A stretch of 33,614 nucleotides of DNA, taken from a virus. A program made the translations under genes and the position numbers. The notes under the pieces were generated by a model. The model was not told the origin of the DNA. It ran no database searches and saw only the letters and a program-made list of their open reading frames with translations. Positions 26,911 through 33,614 of the stretch are shown piece by piece (the first letter of the stretch is position 1; every line of letters begins with the position of its first letter). The DNA is taken from the UHGV virus genome UHGV-1462514. One strand, given 5' to 3'.

Positions 26911-26936
26911 ACCAGCTTTTGCTGGTTTTTCATTTA
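26911..26936 (+). terminator. Rho-independent terminator after the YxeA-like gene
   Basis: CCAGC-TTTT-GCTGG followed by TTTTTCATTT. Confidence 0.6.
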
Positions 26937-27006
26937 AAAAAACTGTATCCTTACCCCAAAACAAATTAAAAATTCTTTGTGGTCGACCAAAACCTCCACT
27001 CCCTTC

Positions 27007-27213
27007 TTATAAATTCACTGGCTCTTTTTTATAACCAGCATCAATCAAAATTCCCTCAATCACATAAAGGTCCGTTTTCTGCTTTAAACTAGCCTTAAAT
27101 TTCTTCGCAATATTTCTAGCTGTTTCTAAAGAAACGACTTCATATGTTTTAGCCAATGTATCCGCAATTATTGCGGATGTTGGCGTGTAATAAATCTCCA
27201 ACAAAATGAACAC
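27007..27213 (-). CDS. Hypothetical protein (68 aa)
   Basis: ORF. Confidence 0.4.
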   Translation of the reverse strand: MFILLEIYYTPTSAIIADTLAKTYEVVSLETARNIAKKFKASLKQKTDLYVIEGILIDAGYKKEPVNL

Positions 27214-27232
27214 TCGCTTTCATTTCATAAAT

Positions 27233-27562
27233 CTAATTTAAATGTTCAGCTTTATATTCCCAAAATTTACTTCTAGGAACTCCTAACGCTTCTATGATTG
27301 CATTCACTGAATAACCAATCCACTGCAAATACAAATATTCTTGAATGGTGAACTTGTCTTTATCAATTGAGTTGATTGGTTTAGATTTATCCATTGTTTG
27401 CTCACCAATATCCTTACCAAGCATTTTAATTTGTCGATAGACCATGCTTTTTGGATTTCTATACCAATCTGGGTTTTCATTCATTAACTTAAGCATTTCT
27501 TTTCGTTTTTGCTTTTTTTCAGCTTGAATACGTGCTATATCTTCAAAAATTACACTGTTCAT
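27233..27562 (-). CDS. Hypothetical protein (109 aa) with a possible C-terminal HTH
   Basis: ...YSVNAIIEALGVPRSKFWEYK... Confidence 0.45.
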   Translation of the reverse strand: MNSVIFEDIARIQAEKKQKRKEMLKLMNENPDWYRNPKSMVYRQIKMLGKDIGEQTMDKSKPINSIDKDKFTIQEYLYLQWIGYSVNAIIEALGVPRSKFWEYKAEHLN

Positions 27563-27573
27563 TTTTTAACCTC

Positions 27574-28101
27574 CTAAAAAGGCAGATCATCATCGCTAAT
27601 GTCGATTGAATTACCTGCGCCTGCGAACGGATCTACATCTCCACCAAACGACATTTGTTGGCTGTTATTTTGCTGATTTAAGCCTTTGTTTTGATTCGTG
27701 GCATAATTACTCTCGAAATTATTTTGAACGTCTGTAACGCTATTCTGCGAACTCTGAACGCTATTTCTATTCTCATTGGTGCTTTTTGACTCTAATAATT
27801 GGAAGCTTTCGCAAACAACTTCAGTCACATACACACGTTGGCCTTGTTGGTTGTCATAATTACGAGTTTGAATTCTTCCAACAACTCCTAATAATGTTCC
27901 TTTGCGAGCATAATTAGCCATTGTTTTAGCAGGCTTACGCCAAATTACACAGTTGATAAAATCCGCTTCTCGTTCGCCGTTTTGGTTTGTAAAGTTACGG
28001 TTCACAGCAAGAGTAAAGCTTCCAACTGCAGAACCACTTGCGGTGTAGCGTAAATCAAGATCTTTTGTCAATCTTCCGACTAATACCACATTATTTATCA
28101 T
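27574..28101 (-). CDS. ssb: Single-stranded DNA-binding protein
   Basis: OB-fold N-terminus MINNVVLVGRLTKDLDLRYT...; Gln/Asn-rich linker; C-terminal acidic tail DISDDDLPF. Confidence 0.9.
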   Translation of the reverse strand: MINNVVLVGRLTKDLDLRYTASGSAVGSFTLAVNRNFTNQNGEREADFINCVIWRKPAKTMANYARKGTLLGVVGRIQTRNYDNQQGQRVYVTEVVCESFQLLESKSTNENRNSVQSSQNSVTDVQNNFESNYATNQNKGLNQQNNSQQMSFGGDVDPFAGAGNSIDISDDDLPF

Positions 28102-28402
28102 TCAAATCACTCTCCTTAACGAACACACCATTGACATTTTTTCCCTTACGATCTTTAATCTCGTTATACGCTTGGTTCAGACATTCGTATAAATCCATAT
28201 CATTTTGCATAGCAAGAATAACTAGTGTCACAACAACATCACCGATACCATCCCTTAAATCATTTTTATTATTTCTTGCTAATGCTGCTGCGACTTCTCC
28301 GACTTCTTCAACCACTTTTAGCATTTGTTTCTCAGGCTCTGCGATATCTAGATTTTTTTCTCTTGCCCATTTCTCAATTAATTTAACTAATTCATTCATC
28401 AT
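28091..28402 (-). CDS. MazG-like nucleotide pyrophosphohydrolase (small all-alpha NTP-PPase)
   Basis: ...EEVGEVAAALARNNKNDLRDGIGDVVVTLVILA... EExxE-type motif typical of MazG/HisE-like proteins. Confidence 0.7.
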   Translation of the reverse strand: MMNELVKLIEKWAREKNLDIAEPEKQMLKVVEEVGEVAAALARNNKNDLRDGIGDVVVTLVILAMQNDMDLYECLNQAYNEIKDRKGKNVNGVFVKESDLNDK

Positions 28403-29265
28403 TTACCCTCCAAGTATTCTTTTATTTGTCTATCAAGCTCAGCTTGTTCCTCTGACGAAAGTTTCTCTTCTTCTTGCTTCTGATTGTTAGCCCATTCAGG
28501 TAACTTTTCTTGTCTCATTGGCACCTTAGAATAGGCTGGCAGTTTATTTGTTTGAGATAAATCATATTCATCGTTATAACGATCATCACGGATCCAACGA
28601 AACAATTCTTGTGGATGATACCAATCGTTTAATTGAATATACGCAAGATAGTCTTTATATCCTTTTTTAAACGACTCTAAATCTTCTTCCGTCTTGAACT
28701 TCTTTAAAAATTGTTCTCTAGCTTTTTTCTTGTTGGTTTTCTTTGGATAAGTTTTCCAAACTTTTTCGAATAGTTCAGGCATAGTTGAGCTTGGCTCAAC
28801 ACTATTCTTTTTTTTATCCTTACCTAACCTATCCTTACCTAACCTAACCTGTGTATCCATTTGGTATCCCATACGGTTGTCATCTGGTATACCAAGATGG
28901 TTTTCACTCTCTATAACCTCTGTTTTAAAGGTATATGCCTTACTATTTTTCTCAGCTAATTCAGCCTTTTCTTCTTGATATAGAGTTGGTTTATATCGAT
29001 CATTTCGAATATAGTTATGAATTTTCCAATGTTTGATAACAATAACTCCGCTATCAAAAACTAAAATAAATCTTTTGGCCATTAATAGCTTTAAATCATC
29101 ATCTCCACATCCAACCATTCGTTGAATTTTCTTAGGATTATTAATAAATCCATCATCATCCGCTCGCATTGACAGATGAAAATAAAGAGATTGAGTTGAC
29201 AGCGGCATGTCTAAAAATGCATCGCTATCAATGATGGTCTTTGCAAACATTCTTCTTTCAGCCAA
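28399..29265 (-). CDS. Phage replisome organizer / replication initiation protein (DnaD-like)
   Basis: N-terminus MAERRMFAKTIIDSDAFLDMPLSTQSLYFHL... characteristic of the phage replisome-organizer N-terminal domain; internal iterons. Confidence 0.7.
   Translation of the reverse strand: MAERRMFAKTIIDSDAFLDMPLSTQSLYFHLSMRADDDGFINNPKKIQRMVGCGDDDLKLLMAKRFILVFDSGVIVIKHWKIHNYIRNDRYKPTLYQEEKAELAEKNSKAYTFKTEVIESENHLGIPDDNRMGYQMDTQVRLGKDRLGKDKKKNSVEPSSTMPELFEKVWKTYPKKTNKKKAREQFLKKFKTEEDLESFKKGYKDYLAYIQLNDWYHPQELFRWIRDDRYNDEYDLSQTNKLPAYSKVPMRQEKLPEWANNQKQEEEKLSSEEQAELDRQIKEYLEGK
28807..28841. repeat. Iteron-like tandem repeats (ATCCTTACCTAACCT x2 plus a partial copy, preceded by an A/T tract) inside the replisome-organizer gene; candidate phage origin of replication
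   Basis: Read directly; encodes RLGKDRLGKD in the protein. Confidence 0.45.
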
Positions 29266-29269
29266 TTAT

Positions 29270-29755
29270 CTAACCTCCTATAGTTGAAAACGGCACTTCC
29301 CAAAAATAGTCATCGTATTTTTTCACAATATTTTTAGTTGTTTCCCCTTCTATAATTTCAACTTCTTGTGTGAACTCCATCCCTTGTTCAAAAACAAAAA
29401 TTTTAATATCGATATTATATTTTTTTGAAATACCTTCAAAATCTTCTTCGATAACACCCCAAGCCTGTTTAAAATCTAATATCTCTGCTAACGCTTCATC
29501 ACGTTCTTCGTGCCATACTTCTATCTCTTTTCTATCTATGAAAGCACGTCTGGTATTATTGATGTAGAATTCGTTCTCACTGTACAATGTGGTTGAATAA
29601 TCATCTTCAGAAATTTCAACCTTTTGCGGGACTGTGACTGGTCCATCTTCAGTCATTTTAAAATTAGGTGAAGCAATTATCCCCTCTTTCAAAAATCTGA
29701 TTACATTCTCTTTTTTTCCTCTAATTTTAAGTGTTCCCTCTGCCCAGTTTGGCAT
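29270..29755 (-). CDS. Hypothetical replication-module protein (161 aa)
   Basis: ORF; acidic. Confidence 0.45.
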   Translation of the reverse strand: MPNWAEGTLKIRGKKENVIRFLKEGIIASPNFKMTEDGPVTVPQKVEISEDDYSTTLYSENEFYINNTRRAFIDRKEIEVWHEERDEALAEILDFKQAWGVIEEDFEGISKKYNIDIKIFVFEQGMEFTQEVEIIEGETTKNIVKKYDDYFWEVPFSTIGG

Positions 29756-29760
29756 TTAAA

Positions 29761-30402
29761 TCATCCTCCTATGTTCAGTTTCTTACGTTCTTCGATGTTC
29801 AATTTCACTGGTTTAATTTGATACTTATTCAAGAAGTTCTTAGTGCCTATTTGGTGTTCCTCTTGATGGTGCTGACGACATCCTGCATAAAATGTGAATG
29901 TCTCATGATTAATTTTTTTGCGGTTTCGCCCCATGCCAACAACTTCTATATGGCAAATATCAGCATGTTTACCACAAATACAGCACTTACGATATTTCAG
30001 GCAGTAATAAAACCATTTGTTATTTTCAAGCAAGTATTGGTATCTTTTTTCCAGTGGTATATCGTTTTTCAAAATGAACTCAATCAAGAAACCGATCCAC
30101 TCAGTCGCTTCATTCTTGGTAGCTCTACTATGTTCAAAATAAACACCACTCTTAGCCTCGTAGTAGTATTTCAAGACACTTTCAATCCATTTAGGTTCGT
30201 CATAGCTCCAACGTGCCACATCGGCTATTAGAACGTGAGAAAGTGCATTCTGTTTTTGAGACATCTGTCGATTATCTAAGAATTCAACTTTCGCTAAATT
30301 ATCATCGTTATTAGCCAGAAGTTCGAGAAAATTTGAATTTATTTCATCCTCAAATTCGATGGCCAACATATTCCCTTTATGTTTTATGATTTTCCCAATC
30401 AT
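29761..30402 (-). CDS. Zn-finger / HNH-like (DUF968-like) protein
   Basis: C-terminal ...CCICGKHADICHIEVVGMGRNRKKINHETFTFYAGCRQHHQEEH... Cys/His cluster. Confidence 0.45.
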   Translation of the reverse strand: MIGKIIKHKGNMLAIEFEDEINSNFLELLANNDDNLAKVEFLDNRQMSQKQNALSHVLIADVARWSYDEPKWIESVLKYYYEAKSGVYFEHSRATKNEATEWIGFLIEFILKNDIPLEKRYQYLLENNKWFYYCLKYRKCCICGKHADICHIEVVGMGRNRKKINHETFTFYAGCRQHHQEEHQIGTKNFLNKYQIKPVKLNIEERKKLNIGG

Positions 30403-30406
30403 TCAA

Positions 30407-31423
30407 TCACTTCTTTTCAAAATCATTTGCAATAGGAGGATTTGCCTCGTCAAATAATTCTGTTTGTTCTTCATCGAGTTCGTTTTCACTTTGTTGTTCC
30501 ACAGTAGGAACTTCAATCTTTTCTAACATTTCTTTCATACGCTCAAGAACTTTAGTTTTTACGTTTTTTAAAGGTACGTTGTTAATCTTGCTGTGCAACT
30601 CTTTAAACATATTTTCATGATTTTCAGATTGTGTAGCAAGTTCTGTAATACTACTAATTAATTCATCTTTTAATTTTTCTAAATCTATTCCTTCGCTACT
30701 CCATTCATATATTTTTTCGCCTACTTCTTTTGTTATTTTAAAAGGCATATTAAACATATTTGAGTTATCTTTTGTAGCTTCCGCTATGTGGTCCTGATCA
30801 ATACGTAAAGCGATAGCAAATTCATATTCCAAACTATCTTTTTGATCAGGTTTCAACCCTAGTTTTACTACTTGTGTTTTACCTTGTTCATTTTTTTCCA
30901 TGTCGTAGGCTTGCTTACTTCTAGACGTTCCAATCACATACATTGAATTTCCTGTTACTAACTTAAGAAATTCTTTCTCTAATGGTTTTACTTTATTCCA
31001 AGCCAACATTTGATTTTTAGAGTTGCCTCTCTGATGGTTTTCTACTTGTTCTAAAATGCCACCTTCACCACTCCAAGCATGCGTTAGAGAATCGACTATA
31101 ACCACTTCAACCCCAGCTTGTTTGAATAAATTAAAAGCCTGTATATATCGCTGTACAGTAAATGGTGCTTCAAAATCAATATGCAAAAATTCCCCTATGT
31201 CGACATTCCCAATAGTTGAATCAGCATATAACAACGATCGTTTGTGCTCAGTGTCAATGACACCTATTTTTTCCCATTGTTCTTGTTCTGATAAGTCTGA
31301 ATGCATTTTTTCAATAATTCCTTTAGCAATAAACAACGCACTTACTGTTTTTCCACTACCACTTGCGCCAGTTATCATGATAGGAACTTTTATTTTTTCG
31401 CGTTTAGCCTTTTTTATTTCCAT
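30407..31423 (-). CDS. AAA/RecA-like ATPase (Sak4-like recombination protein)
   Basis: Walker A ITGASGSGKT; Walker B-like VVIVDSLTHAW; position beside Gp157 and SSB. Confidence 0.7.
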   Translation of the reverse strand: MEIKKAKREKIKVPIMITGASGSGKTVSALFIAKGIIEKMHSDLSEQEQWEKIGVIDTEHKRSLLYADSTIGNVDIGEFLHIDFEAPFTVQRYIQAFNLFKQAGVEVVIVDSLTHAWSGEGGILEQVENHQRGNSKNQMLAWNKVKPLEKEFLKLVTGNSMYVIGTSRSKQAYDMEKNEQGKTQVVKLGLKPDQKDSLEYEFAIALRIDQDHIAEATKDNSNMFNMPFKITKEVGEKIYEWSSEGIDLEKLKDELISSITELATQSENHENMFKELHSKINNVPLKNVKTKVLERMKEMLEKIEVPTVEQQSENELDEEQTELFDEANPPIANDFEKK

Positions 31424-31434
31424 ATTGAAACCTC

Positions 31435-31935
31435 CTATCTAATTCTCAAACTCTTAGTTTGAACTAATTCTGCACCTTTGATTTCCCCATGTTTCAGTTC
31501 TTCTTTCAAAGCTGTTTTATCAACTTTGGGAGGTTGAGGAATTAAAAAGCCAATAGGAATTAATTTTTCGTCTATAATATTCACAGAAACTGGATTGTTT
31601 TGAATTCCTACATTGAATAATTCGCCCTTGATTTTCGTTTTGCCGACCTTTTCCATTTCATCTTGCAGATATCCTTTTAGGTTCTTTACATTGTTAGAAA
31701 GCGTTGTTTTTCGTGACTGTAGCCGTTTGATTTCTTTTTCAACAATAGATATGTTGCTCTCAAGTTCTTTAACTACTTTTGCTGTGTTTTCTACTTTTAA
31801 ATCGATTGAATCGCTAATACTATCTAACGTATCTTTTAATGTTCCATCATCAAGCTCTTCAGCTAATGACAAAACTTTTAAATAATCGTTGCTAAGTTCA
31901 TAAAGTGTTGCCACGGCTATCTTCCTCCTCGTCAT
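31435..31935 (-). CDS. Siphovirus Gp157-family protein
   Basis: 166 aa, coiled-coil N-terminal half; typical partner of Sak4 in the early region. Confidence 0.6.
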   Translation of the reverse strand: MTRRKIAVATLYELSNDYLKVLSLAEELDDGTLKDTLDSISDSIDLKVENTAKVVKELESNISIVEKEIKRLQSRKTTLSNNVKNLKGYLQDEMEKVGKTKIKGELFNVGIQNNPVSVNIIDEKLIPIGFLIPQPPKVDKTALKEELKHGEIKGAELVQTKSLRIR

Positions 31936-32226
31936 ATTCCCATTCTGGTTCGATTTTCTGTAATTCTTCTGACGGCTCTGTTAAAAATTGATCTAGCGCA
32001 TCTGCTTCACTACGATTCATTCACAAGACCTCGTTTCTGTGATATAATTTTCTTAGTATATTTTTGTATGCGACTTATTGCTTGCCGGCTTAAGTCGCTT
32101 TTTTGTCGTCATACAACACCTCTGCGCTCTTTTTGTTGTGCAATGTATATTTTATTTTTTTGTTGCTGGTACCATAAATCAGCAAGTTTTTTCGTTTGCT
32201 GTAGTTTTTCTTTCCTTGTCATTTAT

Positions 32227-32400
32227 TTACCTCTCTATCTTCAAGTGCCAGATCATAAAACAGTGTCCAAATGATGAATAAGCCGATATATACATTTTGG
32301 ATAATCGGATTAAAATCTCCGCCTACTAGCAGTCCTAGTCCGAATACGATTAGCAATACTGCAATTCTTCTTAAGTTATAAATTTTTCTCATTTCATTTC
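32227..32400 (-). CDS. Small membrane protein (57 aa)
   Basis: RBS AGGAG 8 nt before ATG 32400; MRKIYNLRRIAVLLIVFGLGLLVGG...; below the ORF-track cutoff. Confidence 0.35.
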
Positions 32401-32403
32401 TCC

Positions 32404-32589
32404 TTAAATATGCATTCTATTTTGAATCTCTAAGTATCTTAAAAATTCGAGTTCTTTTTCAATTTGATATGCTTTTCCTTCGGTCAGTTGTTCTGATTGT
32501 CTAAGCGCTGCTCTATCATCTTGTAGCTGTTTCCGCTCTTTTTTGATTTGGTTGAGTATCCAAGCCTCTTGTTCAGTTGTATAAGCCAT
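32404..32589 (-). CDS. Hypothetical early protein (61 aa)
   Basis: ORF. Confidence 0.4.
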   Translation of the reverse strand: MAYTTEQEAWILNQIKKERKQLQDDRAALRQSEQLTEGKAYQIEKELEFLRYLEIQNRMHI

Positions 32590-32599
32590 AATGTTCTCC

Positions 32600-33328
32600 C
32601 TACGCTATGTCGTTTAAGTCAAAACTCATTTGTCTTACAACTGTTTTTGTGGCTGTGGACGGCTCCCAGTCATTGATATATTCAATTACCATTGGATAAT
32701 GTTTTTCTCTTAATTGTGATCGGGTCCCCACGCCTGTGATTTGCTTAATACCTGAATTAATATCTTTGTATAGCTTGCCACGCTGTTCCTTTGTGATTTT
32801 TCCAAATCCTCTTGCTACTTCTGCTACTCGTTGATGAACTCGACGTGATAAGTAGCCATAATCATCTGCACCGATTTTTTGATTGTCTTTTAAGTCGGCT
32901 ACTTCTTTTTCAATTACATCTACACGCTCATTTGTTTCTTCATTTGCTGATAAAGCAAGTATTGCTAGCTCTCTTTGGGAAGTTGGTAGTTTGGGTTGTT
33001 TGTTAAAATAATTTTCTTCTAGCTCATCAAACATATCCCACGCACGATCCGTACCTAACATTTTTGAATGACGACCAGCACCTTGTTTAGTCCACAAAAT
33101 TAGAGAGTTGGCATTTCTCCCAACAAGGTCGAAATTTTCGACTCTGTTCTTAAAGTCTTTTAACTCTTGACCTTCCAATCTATAGAAATGTTTTCCTTCA
33201 GCAAATCTGCCCTTATTGTTATTAAAATTCTGTTTAATTTGTTTTTCACTTGCTCCATAAAACTCAGCAAGTTGTTCAGTTGTTAATAACCGTTGATTGT
33301 TCATTTCAATAATTCGTGGTGTATTCAT
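32600..33328 (-). CDS. Phage antirepressor (ORF6N / KilA-C-type domains)
   Basis: N-terminus ...LTTEQLAEFYGASEKQIKQNFNNNKGRFAEGKHFYRLEG...; C-terminal KilAC-like region; position downstream of cro. Confidence 0.75.
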   Translation of the reverse strand: MNTPRIIEMNNQRLLTTEQLAEFYGASEKQIKQNFNNNKGRFAEGKHFYRLEGQELKDFKNRVENFDLVGRNANSLILWTKQGAGRHSKMLGTDRAWDMFDELEENYFNKQPKLPTSQRELAILALSANEETNERVDVIEKEVADLKDNQKIGADDYGYLSRRVHQRVAEVARGFGKITKEQRGKLYKDINSGIKQITGVGTRSQLREKHYPMVIEYINDWEPSTATKTVVRQMSFDLNDIA

Positions 33329-33375
33329 TTTTTGTTCCTCCTCTTATTTCCTTTTATCCCATCGCCTTTACTTAG

Positions 33376-33614
33376 TTAAAGTTCTTTCTTAGCAGCATTA
33401 TCTTTTCGCCATTTATTAACTTTATTTAAATCAAATAACAATTTACCAGTGGGATTAGGTTCTGCTTGCAACCCAGCTTTTCGCCATTTTCTAAATGTTT
33501 CTACAGAAACACCTTGTCGTTTCGCCATTTCTGTTTGATTGAATAATGTTTGTTGGTTTTTTGCCTCTAGTTCCGATTCAATCTCCTGTCTAAACCTACA
33601 CCCTATTTCTGGCA
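33376..33614 (-). CDS. Partial (5'-truncated by window edge) HTH DNA-binding protein, excisionase/MerR-like family
   Basis: The frame is open from the window edge to TAA 33376-33378; ...LFNQTEMAKRQGVSVETFRKWRKAGLQ... HTH. Confidence 0.5.
   Translation of the reverse strand, partial: PEIGCRFRQEIESELEAKNQQTLFNQTEMAKRQGVSVETFRKWRKAGLQAEPNPTGKLLFDLNKVNKWRKDNAAKKEL

Noticed and set aside
1-33614. CRISPR arrays, insertion sequences, transposases
   Set aside because: No spaced direct-repeat arrays or transposase-like ORFs seen; the only repeats are intragenic (tape measure, iterons) or regulatory.

Overview
The window reads as the nearly complete genome of a temperate siphovirus (or prophage) from a low-GC Gram-positive host, permuted so that it opens inside the early region. 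A lysogeny module on the + strand (CI-like repressor with S24 peptidase domain, a DUF4352-like membrane protein, a 55-aa ORF, a tyrosine integrase) is followed by an attP-like region with four arm-type direct repeats, an 82-aa moron, and a full-length tRNA(CAT) gene (- strand). The rest of the window is one long minus-strand transcriptional unit, read from high to low coordinates. It runs Cro (45..308, at the left edge) and, from the right edge, a partial HTH/Xis-like gene, antirepressor, small early ORFs, Gp157, a Sak4-like ATPase, a Zn/HNH-like protein, replisome organizer with internal iterons, MazG, SSB and a YxeA-family moron on the opposite strand. Next come an ArpU-family late regulator, a roughly 1-kb ORF-free leader containing a tRNA-like element, then TerS, TerL, SPP1-type portal, Mu-F-like minor head protein, scaffold, major capsid, connectors, major tail, an Ig-like protein, G/T chaperones, tape measure, Dit, Tal, receptor-binding protein, holin and amidase endolysin. 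Three things stand out. (1) Both the major capsid and the major tail genes end with the same CCCAAAAG slippery site plus a downstream GC stem, and each opens a conserved 26-aa extension in the -1 frame, which points to twin programmed -1 frameshifts. (2) The Tal gene is split by a single in-frame TAG. (3) There are a tRNA-like element with an aberrant anticodon arm and a candidate antisense sRNA. Whether the window is a circular phage record or two adjacent prophages sharing a tRNA cannot be settled from the sequence alone.
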